In this document: positions 33,817-46,700 of the stretch, piece after piece
Numbering within the stretch: the first letter of the stretch is position 1
Layout of the letters: every line of letters begins with the position of its first letter
Source of the DNA: Marsupella aquatica
Lineage: Eukaryota > Plantae > Marchantiophyta
Assembly: GCA_973895155.1 (NCBI GenBank)
Contig: OZ316892.1
Coordinates: 11,720,238 to 11,784,237 of the forward strand
DNA length: 64,000 bases
Direction of reading: 5' to 3'
The notes under the pieces: generated by a model
Seen by the model: the letters and a program-made list of their open reading frames with translations, nothing else
What the model was told of the DNA's origin: nothing
Database searches by the model: none
Program-made: the position numbers and the translations under genes

Positions 33817-36800
33817 CTATGGAGGACCACGTCCAAGAGGTGGAACGTTCATAGCTAATCCTAAAGGTAACCCAGAGTTCACTCCATGTCCGCGCATGTC
33901 CATCCCGTTCGAGATATCTCCACCCTGCATCAGCCATGAATATGTCGAAACAAGATAATCAGAAGAATGGTGCAAGTGCTATGCATCAGATGTACATTCA
34001 TGTCTTGTTTACATAGACCACATATATTTGATTTCTGTTTCAAGTTTTGAACCCAGTCACAGAAATTTTCTGTTTGTTTGGGCAGGTAAATTCCTTACCT
34101 TACTTTTGGTGCAGAATATCGAATACCGTATAATTGGCAAGATATTTTACATGCGAATTGCAGGTTCAGCAAGCGAAACCGAAAAGGAAGGTAGCATACA
34201 TATGATTTCCAGTGTCCACAATCCTGAGGTTTCTAGGTAGGCCGTACCTGAAAGGTACTAGGCTCAGCCGCGGAGTTTCCAAACTGTGCAGAGACACTTT
34301 GAGTATTCACCCTTGAAGGCCTTGGTCCTGCTCCAAAACCTGCTGTACCCATGGAAGCCATGGATGGTAGTCCACTGGGGGGCGATGGGCCCATAATTTG
34401 CCTCATGGGTGGCAAAGGAGTAGGGGGTGGCTGGCCCTGAACGTAAGGACCAGAAGTTTGTACAGGTGGTTGCCCTGGGATGCCTGGAACATTTTGCTGC
34501 ATAATGTGTTGTGGTACATTTTGGTGTTGCTGAGGGAAAGCAGGTAAAGGGGGTGGAGGAGGCAAACTCTGTTGCGGTGGTTGTAATTGTTGCATATGTT
34601 GAGGTGGCTGAAGATTTGTCTGTTGTTGTAAACTCAAAAGAGTCCCACCTGGATATGGATTACTAGGGGGTGGAAAATGATCTCTGGAACTTGTGCTACT
34701 CTGCATAACTCCAAACACTGGCTGTAGAGCTGGTGCTACAACAGCAGGATCTACAGGCGCTTGAGGCATGGGCAGTGCCAAGCCCACGCCAGGAATTGTA
34801 CCCTCAACCCGAACAGGTCCTCCAGCAGCAAATGCTCCTGGAGTCACAGGGCCATCACCTGCTATGTTCAAAGACTGACCCCGACCACCAGAAGGAGCTA
34901 ACTGCTCACCTGAATTTCCTGCTGAATAAAACCAATTCTGTTCAGTACACGACCAACTTCACCAAGAGCAGTTGCACCTCGTTATCCAGAGACAATAAGC
35001 ACAAGTGAAACCTATTACACAGAAGAATGTCATAGCATCACTTCGCAACCGATTTAAAAACACCTACCTTGAGAATGAGGTACACTCTGTCTGCAATCCC
35101 GAAGTGAATCGCCAGGACGGTTGCGGCACCAAAATTTGGTAGTGTGATCGTTGCTTCCACTGCAATGAAAAACAAATGGTTAAGACAATATATTCGCAAG
35201 ACTGATGTTTCAAAATTTGGAATACCAATATGTTACCATAAGCCATGCAATACCCCACCAGTAGCCTCCGTATACTTCGAATTAGTTTTGAAGTACGAAT
35301 GCCAGATGTCTTGGCTTGCGGTTGGTACAATTCAACACAGCCTAAGACACTTGATCCGTACAGTAGAGGCGTTCAGACACATTTGTTCAGGTCCTTTAGT
35401 GCCATAGTGCAGCCTCATAAGCATTATTTAATTATACTGTCATGGATGGCATCACGTCCAAGCCCATACTTCTTCGTTGTGTCATACTCCTGAAACCCCA
35501 AAACTGCTAACCCCAAATCTAGAACAGAGAAGAAAAATTAAGAATCACCATACCTGCATAAAATATGCCCCATTGGATGCCATGCCAAGTCCCACACACT
35601 ACTCTCGTGTGCGTTAGCAACCTCTGCTTGTGGAACCTCATGCCTGAAGTTTTGGAGCATTTCAACATTGAATGTCAATAAGTCAATAGAACCAGAATCA
35701 AACTGGATGCTCATAAAAGAACATTGATGCGAAATATTTAAGAGGTGGCTCCGCATCAACTAACTCTAAGTCGCACAAATAATCTAAGCCTAATAGTATT
35801 CCCAGTGCACTGTTCATCTATCGTGAACCCAAGAAGTCTACGCTCGGTTTTCCCTGAACCTCAAAATTGCAACCACGTCTGATCAGCAATAGCAAGACAA
35901 AAATAAAATCTAAGCATAGTCACAAGACTTAGCGAAGTACCCAACAAGCCAGTGAATGATGCTCCCATCACAGCTGCCACTGACAAAGAGCTCTTCGTGG
36001 AATGGATGCCAAGCTAAGGCTGTAAACACAAACGAGAGTGAGGAAATTGGCAAGAATTCCACAAAGCAACAAATACCAACCTGTATGTCTCATGCAAAGT
36101 GTATATCTATAGAGAAGCAAAAACGCTATGGGCAATTGCAAGGCCAAAGAAGATTAGGATGATAATCATAGGCACATGGAAATGCTGAAAACAGACATGT
36201 TACTTCCTTGCGATGCCCTCTGTACGACTCCAGCTCTTTCAAGGTTCGAATATCATACAGCTGAACCATAGCAAGTACATTCAAAAACATTATCAGACGT
36301 AAATCTTTCAACACTAGAAGGAATAAAGGGTGCAAGTTAATTAATGCATGCTGCGGCATCTTTAAACATGAGGAAATATAAATTGCAAGCCTTTATGACC
36401 CTAGAGGATGCACACCTTGATAGTCTGATCTCGAGAAGCAGTAATAACCCAATTGCCATTACTATTCCACTTCACCGAGAGGACTGTGTTCTTGTGTCCA
36501 TGCCTACACATAGAATTAGTTTCATATGTAAGTCAAAGCTGACCAGGATAACGCAGTAAGCACCCACATTGCGTAAAATGGGTATCCAAACGTATCTTGT
36601 AACTGAAATAGACGACAGATACTCACAACGTGCTCAGCTCACGGCCGGTTTTGGCATCCCATAGCTTCACCAGATTGTCCTTCGCACCTGCAAATAAAAA
36701 CAAAATGGGAGTCAGTTCTCGCGCCTGTTGGCATCCTGCTTGCCTTTCATGACAAGGACTTTGACTCTTCTGACGAAGCGGCATTACCAAATGGTTAACT

Positions 36801-39800
36801 GTCACTATCAGGTCACGTGTTCGATCTCTCCAGCCTTAACGCCCAGAGACATAATTACTCCTTATCTGAAGTTGCCCGTTAACCAAGGGTCAAATTTTAC
36901 TTCATAGTAAGATACGCAAGGGCTTCTGTGTTCCGGTTTAATAAAATCTGACAAGGTTAGGGATCTGAGCCTTGCATGAATGCAAATTCCAACACCTTCC
37001 TTCAAAACATGCAAACTGCGAAACAAATTTGGTAACAGGTGCCTGGCATCGGGAGGTCCCATAGAGGCAGTACGTCGAATGTAACAAGCAGTAGCGTTAC
37101 GTTGTGTGCTTACCGGAGACAAGCAGAGACTTCTGTGGATGCCAGTCAACGCTCTTGACATCCCAGCCATGGCCTGCCTGATTGAAAAAGCACATCCAGA
37201 ACCCTAGTCAATGCCCGTCTGCATCTCGTGAACATTCTCCCTGTAAAAAGGTCCCTCTAAACCTTGCAGAACTCTCTAGATTTAAGAAATGTTTTTAGAG
37301 TGGTGACAATAATTCCATAGCCTCAAACATGCGAATTGAGAGCTATGATTCACATAGGCAACCTAGGATTTCAACCTCAATTCTAGTCCACTTCTCAGAG
37401 TACCATCATATAAATGCACTTCTTGTGAGTGGGCAATTCAAATTAAGAAAGAAAAATTCTTGCAGAGCCGTATCCAATTGATAATACCAGCTAGAGATCG
37501 TTCCTCTTGGCATCGAGCAAAATCCCAGACTTTGACAGTTGTGTCATCCGAGCATGAAACAAACTTTAGGTCTGTGCTTGAAAAGCTGCATCACAACCGC
37601 AATTTGTTTCACTGTGGGGCCTGACTTGCAATGATATGATACTGCGTGAATCTTCTACCAGAATGTGCCTGCTTATCTCTCTTTACAATACAAACTACCG
37701 CCCTTACAGAGATTTGCTGAGGTTGCTGCGCGCAAGGCTCAACTCTACACAGCTGACTGTTTCAATTGCACCCTACCCGTCAGAACTATTCCGGCAAGTT
37801 CTTCCAATAAGAAGGACCTCAATAAAGAATGAACTGGCTGGACTATCAACCCTCAAAAAGGCGAACTACAAGCTCACATGTATCGTTCTAACATTAATGA
37901 CCAACATATTCGAGAACATTCTAATCTCGATCATTGAGAAGAAGTGTGACTGTAGGACTGCCCCATATATATACCGTGATGTCAAAGAACGTGGCATACT
38001 TAAAGTCGAGAGTTCATCTGAAATATATAGTTAACATTAAAATCTATCATATGCTCTTCCAGAAGATATAGCTTTGAACAGACCTTAAGTCTCGCACAGC
38101 CTCCTTATGAGCTGTCTTGTTTGCCTTGACGTTATTCATATTTGTTTGCCAGTACCTATACAAGGAGACCCGTGTTAGCCAAAAAAAGAAACAGAGAGCT
38201 CATCCATCTACGTGCAGTAAGTTCTTCACCACAATCCAAATGATCAAGCTACTCACTTAATGCAACCACCGTCATCTCCGGTCACCATCCAATTTTCATT
38301 GTGGCTCCACACCATAGATCGAACTGCTAGATCATGCGCCTGTAACTCAGATAATCAGGATAAAGACACCTTTCTTATCATTATCATTTACAAATCTAAT
38401 GCACAGACGGGAAGAACAGTTCTCGAACTCTAAACAGCACAGTGTAGCGCACAAAACTACCAAAACGTCTTACCTCCTGTGAAATCTTCGGTACGTTAAG
38501 CTTTTCAGTAAATGTGTACCAGCCAGCTAATAGCCTAGTCAGTGGGGAATCAAAAAGTACAAAATGTCACCACCACAAAGGAATATCAGAAATAGGAAGA
38601 TCTCAAGAAGAAATCAAACCTGCAAGATCATTTCAAAGTTGAATGAGAGACCATTCCATAATGTGAACTCCCCGCTCTGTGAGCCAGTAATAAGTCGTCG
38701 ACCAGTAGGTGTCCACTGTCATGGAAAACAGAAAACAAGCCCAACAATAAGGAACGTCGAAAAATTGACTTGTCTAGCTGAACATTCTAAATTGGGTGTG
38801 CACGTTACGACCATAACTGAAAAGACTTACCAAAACCCTGTTTATGGAGCAGCGAACTTTGTTGGTGGAGGGATGTACAAACTTGGTTGCAAAGCTAGTT
38901 GAAGGATTGTCAGGATAAGCAACTGTAGGTAGTAACTAGACATCAACATACCGAGTACCCGGTTAGACGTGCAAACTTCACATGAACGACAAAGTATACA
39001 TCAGACAATTCTGCAATTAAACATTTAAAGCCGAAAAGCGCAAAAAGCTCAAAGCAATTCAACCCAGCAATGCCCGCAGAGAGAAAAGTACACACTTCCG
39101 GAGCGGCCGTTGGTGTTGGCTGCAAAATGTGGGCATCACGGACATCCCGTTGCCACATCCGTAGCTGCCAGACCATGCAATTAGTACAACGTAAGAAGAC
39201 GAGATTGACCAACATACCCAGGAATAAAACATAATATTGCTGCCATACAATTCAGACGCTACGCGTGTAGTCTTCTAGCATAATCTACAAACTGCTCTCG
39301 AGCATACTGTCAGCCAGCCTTAATTGCCACAGAAAGATCCGTCCACCAGAACCAGGAAAATTCCACAATCCACATAAATTGGAAAAGAACAATGATGACG
39401 GAGCGGGCACAGAGGCATTTGAAGAACTGACCTGAAGATACCGAACCACAGTAGAGCTGTAGTCCACTGTTCTTCGGTGGACAGGTTTACGCATTCGCTT
39501 TCCTGGAAGAACACGCCCAGCTCCTACTCAGTTGTGATGCCACTACGAAACGGTATCAATAATGTGTGTGGGAGGAGATTTCAAGGTGTGCCTACCTAAA
39601 CCAAAGAATTCTGAACCACTTCCTATTACTGACAGAATTTCAAACGGAAATAATTCGGGTGAAATACGATAATCATGTGTACATCTTTTCCACAGCAAAA
39701 AACATGATTTAAGAGACCACCCACCGGTCCAGACGTTGCAAAAGAGTTACTTCATAGAATTCGTGACAATCCATATGCAAATTTGAGCCGGTGAGCAAAG

Positions 39801-40026
39801 AGTAATAGCACAGCCCTCATGAGTCTAATCTAAGGAATATTGAGGAAGCAAGGCAGCAGGAGTTACCATCGAAAATTTGGTTGGGGCGAGACCCAAAGTC
39901 GCCAGCCTGACCGGCATTGTTCCCAGAGCCTGGCCGGTTGCTGTAATCCTGATTTTGACTCTGACCAGACTGTTGAACCTGGCTTGGTCCTCCACCGCCT
40001 CCATACATTTTCTCCATGACCATCAA
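33817..40026 (-). CDS. FY: FY / WDR33 / Pfs2 polyadenylation factor (WD40 repeats plus Pro/Gln-rich tail), about 17 coding exons
   Basis: GT-AG exons assemble in frame: [124 protein letters not shown]. Last exon ends VPPLGRGPP* at 33817. Confidence 0.95.
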
Positions 40027-41183
40027 AAACGCAGCCTACTCATACCGCCTGCATGCTCATTATCGACCGATTGAACCCATATTACTTTCAACACTTTAAG
40101 ATAAGGAATATCTCCCCCAATGGAAAAACGGACTCGTGGATGCCACAGAAATTGCAATCATTGTGAAACTGCCAAATCGTCATGACTTGAACACGTCTTA
40201 TGTTATGTTCCATTGAATCCACATTACTACAGGGCAGTTTAACAAAGAGCTGTGGGGCAAATCATACCAATGCACAGGATCTCGGGCAGTCCTCCTGTCG
40301 TTGGCTCCACAGCGAGTTTAAAGAATGTGGGAACAGGACCTAACCCATGAGCTGAATCAATCACCCACAGCTTAGACCCAGGTTCGAGCTCCAATCTCTG
40401 GCCCACAGCTCACCGCAAAGAGGGTCGGCAACCTACAACAAGCACCAAAATCACACCTAATTCCGTCAATGTTGGAATTGAAAGATCAAATTCGGGCGCT
40501 CAGGACAGGAATGAGTGTCAACAAGAGGGCCATGACCTCTGAATTGCTATAAACCCTAATTGATCAACCATCATAAACCCCGACCCACACCCGCCCAAAC
40601 CCCCGTTTTCGTTTTCAAGTTCAAAAGAATACGTTCTTTGCCATCGTGATCGGAAGAATAGAAACACGATCGCATCTACTCCATGCAATGCTTTCAAATC
40701 TTAGTGATCACTCTGGCTCGACACACACGGCGCCATAGAAAGAGAGTTCCCAAATTCATCACACAAATGGAGGGCGCCAATTTTTTACAGAAGGTCAATC
40801 ACTCACCGCCCTCGCGAGCTGCGAGGCCGTCAACTTCCTAGCTCGTCGCGTCCACAGCCATCATCATCAGCTCTTCTCCTGAATGCTGAATGCGTCACTA
40901 TGTTTCTCGTTTCCAGAAGAGAATGGTCCCAAGATGAAATTCATCTCTTCCTGCGTGTTTGCCCAGTAATTTGAAGTTCGGGAATCTGCTGCTTCATCAA
41001 TGAGTAGTACGCCATGTCACAGTACAGGTCTGAGGACTACAGTAAGTCTTGCAAAATACACACTAATAATATACACTAGCCTGATTATTACCCAATGTAA
41101 GTAAAGTAGAGATGAGGAGAACAGAAAACCTACCTGAAAAATGCACCCTCACTTTCAATTATTATGCACTCTTTTTTTTTGTG

Positions 41184-41234
41184 CTTGTCAGGCTCATAAT
41201 CTGAATGTTGTGGGTCCGAATCCTACACCTGCCA
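41184..41234 (+). pseudogene. 3' two-thirds of a tRNA-Met(CAU), organelle-like; D-arm missing
   Basis: Anticodon arm TCAGG-CTCATAA-TCTGA; T-arm GTGGG-TCCGAAT-CCTAC; then ACCTGCCA. No 5' acceptor strand or D-arm. Confidence 0.6.
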
Positions 41235-43749
41235 AAAACGGGTGGGAAAAAAACAATGGGCGAGAAGGGAGCTACCCACAAAACAGGAGGTCCGGTTCTA
41301 GATATAGCTTTTTTTTATTTCCGGAGGAGGGGCTTTAGTCCATAATTTTATTTTTTAATATTGCACCCTTACTTTCAATTATTATTCCTCTTCTTCTTTT
41401 TTGTGCACCCCTCACTTTCACTTATTATGCCTCATTATGCCCTCCGTTAGAATCATGGTCCAGAGGCTTCACTATAGGCAGTACGCCAGAGAGTAAGCCA
41501 AGGGGTACACGAGCTTTTCATTATGGCTTTATTAATTAGACATAAGGTGCTTGTGCAGAATTTGAATATCTAATCTTTAAAATCCTACATTGCAATACCA
41601 TACATGATGTTTCTAGATTTCATTTTTAGCTTTAAAAACAATGTCAGCATTGACATATCAGTGTTTTAAATTAATATGCTTGGAATATTCAGAAAACTTG
41701 TAGTAAATTGTAGGCAGACTCCCTACGTGAATTGTAGGTAGAAAAGTTATTATAAATTGTAGACACTACCTACAATTCTGTTGCAGGGACTCAAATTTTC
41801 AATAATTCCTTAGTTTTGGCGCAACCTGATGGTCTCAATGGTACAGTAGTTATGGTCTGACTAGCTCATTACACAAAATGTACCAAGTAAAAGAAGGGAA
41901 TACAGGGTATGGATAGGGACAACGAGGGCATGGGTATTCAATAAATGAGAAAACACTTTTGGGGTATGTGACTCTTGACATTGGATCCTGCTTCTTCTAT
42001 ATGTCATGATCACATTAGAGAGTCTCTTAGTTCATTATAGTGGAACTCTGCATTGCAAAGAAAATGTTGAGAGGAGGCATCTTAAGAATCATTGATCCAA
42101 GGGTGTTGGTAAAGGGAAGCTGAACATTTGAGACCAATTGCCCTATTCTCCTTTTTTTCCCTCTCATTTGTTCTTATGTCTTCTTATTTTCGTCTCCCTC
42201 TTTCCACTGGCAAAGGGTTGCGAGGGTGCAAGGGTGCAAGGGAACACAAAGGTGCACGGCACTGTGGAGAGGAGGAAGATTTTTTCTTCCACCACACCCC
42301 CGCCCCGGCACCCCCTTTTTCCCCTTTTTTTCCCATGTCCCCCATCTCCTCTTTCCCCCTCACCCCACCTCCCTTCCCCCCTTTCTCTACTTCCCCTCCC
42401 CACAGGAGGGTAGTGGTCACAATGCCACTAAGCGGACAGAGGGCAAGCCTGCAAAGTGGGTTTTTAGAGAATCCATTATCACACAAAACATCTCAGAAAC
42501 AAAACTAGGATTTGTTCCCACTCATCTTCCTTCTCATGAACAAACAATGGAGAACAGGACGGATTGAGTATTGTAGTGTGTTTGTATGTTCAAAGAAAGT
42601 TTAAATCAGGCCCCACAGCAATGAAACTAGGATCTGGCAATTTTATGAAGTAATCTGTGCCCCGTATTTGATGCTCAATGACTATGATTGATTTCATCAC
42701 TAGCAACGATGCAAGGTGCCCTCGTCTTCGACAAGAGCTGAAGACATGCACGGAAAGGTGTGTTTTGTCTGATCACCAGTATCTGTTTTGACCAGACATT
42801 TTTGTCAATTACATTACCAGACATTTTTGTCAATTACATTTTGAAGTGTTCAAGCTAAAGCTATCCTACAGAGATCTCTAGCCATTGGTACTGAGCCTGT
42901 CCACAAAGGATTGCACACTTAGAGACCATCTATGTCCCACTTGCAAATTTAGTTACTACACGCTGCAATAGATGTAGACCATTAGCTCCTCAAAGTATCA
43001 TTGCACTAGTAGCTTGTTGTTCCCTTTCTATTCTTTTTCCTCTTTCTAGATTTTCTGGGTTTGCATCTGCCCTTTGCTTCGTGTTTTTTGTTTGTCCACT
43101 TTGGAACCCTTTTGCTTTTGTTTTCATTGTACTTCATTTGGCCATGTTGTGCCCACTCTTTACCCACAGACAATAAAAACAACCTTTGTTAAGTTAGCAG
43201 GATAAGGGGAAGTTTTGTGGGTCAGTGAGGAAAAATGACTACACAATAAAACAAAGCGGAGGATATTTAGCAAGCAGTCCACTGGGCTTTGCTTGTCTCT
43301 CTCTCTCCTCTCGATTGTATACACCAAGGAATTTACAATTCACAAAGCTGATGCACAGATGAGAGCTCTGGTTGTTATTAAGATAATAATTAAAAATAAA
43401 CCAGCATTTCGAACTCTTGTTATTCAATGCACGTCATTGCAGTTCACATGCCGGCTTGGAACTAACAACTAAACTACATGAACATCCTTTGACCACCGGC
43501 AATAATTTGTCGCAGGTAAAAGAAATAGCTATATCCCACAATCCCGCCCGGGGTAAAGCCTATATTACAAATTAATTATGGAAGTTGCATCTGGCAAATC
43601 AATCGACGGATCATCACTATCCATGGATCACGATGTAAGGTACTGTTATTGTTTTGGTATAAGAATGTAGATGCTGATCAGAAGTGTGAATTGGATAATT
43701 CACGTACGCTTCTTCTTCGCAGATAAACTCAAACGCTCGAGATAGAGCT

Positions 43750-46700
43750 TCAGGTGTGCGTGAAGAAATCGTCAATTTCGAACTCATCGAGACGCGGGAC
43801 TTGATTCTCGAGCTCCCCAGTCCAGTCTGATTCACCACCCACATGCTCATGCTTGTGATGTCGGTCGTCAGCTGAGAATTGCTGCCTTTGAGGGGAAGAA
43901 AGCTCACGTTGCTGGCTGTGATACTCGGCTGAGAAGGTCTGCATGTGCGGAGAATGCTCATACTGCTGGCTGTGATACTCTGGTACCATGTCCTCCTCCT
44001 GCTCTCTTTGTGAGTCCATCCACTCTTGCTCTTCTTTCAGAGCCATGGCGCGAGCTTCAGCTTCAAGTTCCGCTTGCGCAGTCTCAGCGTCCACCTCGGT
44101 GAATTGAAACTTCACCCTTTCGGCCATCACACACATCGGGCACACCGCAGTTTTCTGCAGACGTGATTCTAGTACTCTTTGTTGGAGAGTAGCCACTTCA
44201 GTGGCATGCCTTCTACGAAGCTTCTCCATGTCTCGCCTCAGAACCCCACTATCCTGCTCCGCCATCGCCGCAGTGTCCTGTTCGGGCATATTTTTGGTTA
44301 GTTAGAATGTAGTATGGTCGACTGATTTCGTCAGAGAAACCTTGAGAGAATTCCGATTATTTTTTCTCTAGTGACGATGTTGGGAACGTTTTAAATGCAC
44401 CCAATATGTCTGGACGAATAGAAGTGGTTTCCAGAAGTCTACAGCAAGAGAGTCAAACAAACATAATGTGCGACGAATCCTCCGAACCTTTCACTATTGT
44501 TTATGGATAACGAATGGGCCTTTTTAATACCAGTACCACTGTCGCATAGATGTGGCGCAAGGAAATTACCTGAGCTATAATTACCGATTCTTCTGCTTCT
44601 CTCAAGCGCACCAATAGCTCTCCAGCAGCTTGCACGGCATCTGCAGTATCTTGAAGTTGAGCTTTCAAGCTTTCTATCTCTTCCTTTGATCTCTGCCTCC
44701 CTTCCTCAATCTCCGATTTCAGAGCAGCAATCTGCAAAGATTGGGCGTCCAGCCATCTCGATTCGACTGAGGTGACACCTGCCTTCTTGGCCATCTTCTT
44801 CACATCCGCGCTCCTGCACAAACCCAACGCGTATGCTGATGATTACACACACAAGAGCAGAACTACTGATGCCTACAAATTGAATTGCTTTGTATTTCAA
44901 ATTTCCATCATTATCTACGGAGTAGTCTTTCGACACGGGTTGTATGGTCGTCTCCCAGCTTTGACACATACCCTTCTTTGATTTTCCTCTGCTTGGCGAG
45001 TAACAAAATGTGCTTCTCTTGAAGTTCTGCATATTGCTCCAAGAGCCTCGCATGGCCAGTCATAGCCATTTGAAGGGCATCCTGCATTTCGTCGGAGCAC
45101 CTCTTTTCACAATCGAGTTCCTGCTTCCTCCTTTCGCCTTGCCTTTTGTATGACTCAGCCTCCTCCCGCAACTCCTCCAAGACAGCCATCCAGTCTCTTT
45201 CTCGTTCCTCCCAATCCATTTCCATTTCTCTCTTCTCGTCTTCCCAGCAAAGTCCAGGACTGCTCTCTTCTTCGACTAAAGCATCTTCCCGAGGTGGCAT
45301 GGCATTGACAGCTGCTTCTGTGGCCACCATCGAAAGATCTGAACTTGGATGGGCTGACACGCCGTCCAGCCCTTCCAGTGGAATTGAGAGCAACGCAAGA
45401 GAAGAGGAAGGGCTCGGGCCGTCAGTTCCTAAATCAGCAAGTTTTGATGCTTGTACAGAAATGCGTGCCAGAGACAACCGGCGCTGTCTGGCTGTCGAAG
45501 GGTTACTTGGTTGGTGCTCCAGAAGGGTCTGGACCTGGTTCCGAAGCAATTGAACTTCCTCTAACAAAATGTCTCGCTCTCCAAAGTCAAAGAAATTACG
45601 GTAGTGGCTCAACTCATCGAGTAGACGCTGTTGCTCTACACTGGACTGAGTAACTTCAGGATGATTATCAAACTTCTCTTGCAGCATCTGAAAATGCAGA
45701 ACGTCACAATTTTAGGAATTCCGGCCTCAAGTATTAGGCAGCCTGCTTGCATGCAAATTTCTCTTTCACGTGGTTAGTACACAGAACGGAATTGCAGGGG
45801 ATACGCAATCCACTCACCTTGTGTTCGAGGAGCAGCGATGACCATTCTTCATTAAGATAAGCGTCAACTGGAATGACATTGTCCATGAGGGATTCAAGCC
45901 GAGCTATTTTCTCTTCTCGGCTTTGATGCAAGATAGCATTACATTCACGCTCATGCTTATATTGACGGACCTGCGACGAAGAAAATTATTTTAACCTGCA
46001 AGTTATAATCCAATGGCTCCACAGAGTAATCATTGTCGACGAAATCTGAACCACACTAGAATGCTTAATCTCTAATACTACCGGCGGTCTTGGATTTAGT
46101 ACCAGACGGTTCAGTTGTTCAATCTCAGCGGCTTGCTTGCTCATCGCCTCTTCCGCGACACGTTCCCTCCTCATCGCGCCTGCAAGCAAAGCCTCCACGA
46201 CCTGCAGTGGGAGGAAAGATTGGCTTAGGTGTTATCATGACAGACCAATATGTCTGAATGCATGTAAGTCTTCGAGAAATTTCTAGTGTCACCGAAAAAC
46301 GACCAGGTACAATTTTTCGTAGGGGGTGTTCAACGTTGATACCTCCGGTACACGCTGGGGCGTACTGGCATGACCGGCCGCGATCGGCGAGCTCTTCGGG
46401 CAATCCAGCGTGACTAATTGCCAATTTGAGGTGTCGTACTTGTTCACTGAGATACGCACTGGTGTGTGATGATTGCTGGGTGGAAGATCGTCTCGTGCAC
46501 ATTGATCTGGCCCGTCCTCGAGACTTCTGGACGACGGTCGATTCTCTTCTTCAGGCTGCTGAACAACATTCTCTCGAGCGATAATTCGCGTGTCAGGCTC
46601 TTGGGCCACACCTAGCGCAAAATTTGGTATCGAGGAAAATTCCAGTTGGGTCCGTACGTCCTTCGGTACATTTCCCGGAGCTTCTGGGTAACAAGTCTCC

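Noticed and set aside
41184-41234. Functional tRNA-Met gene
   Set aside because: Lacks the 5' acceptor strand and D-arm, and the T-loop is mutated.
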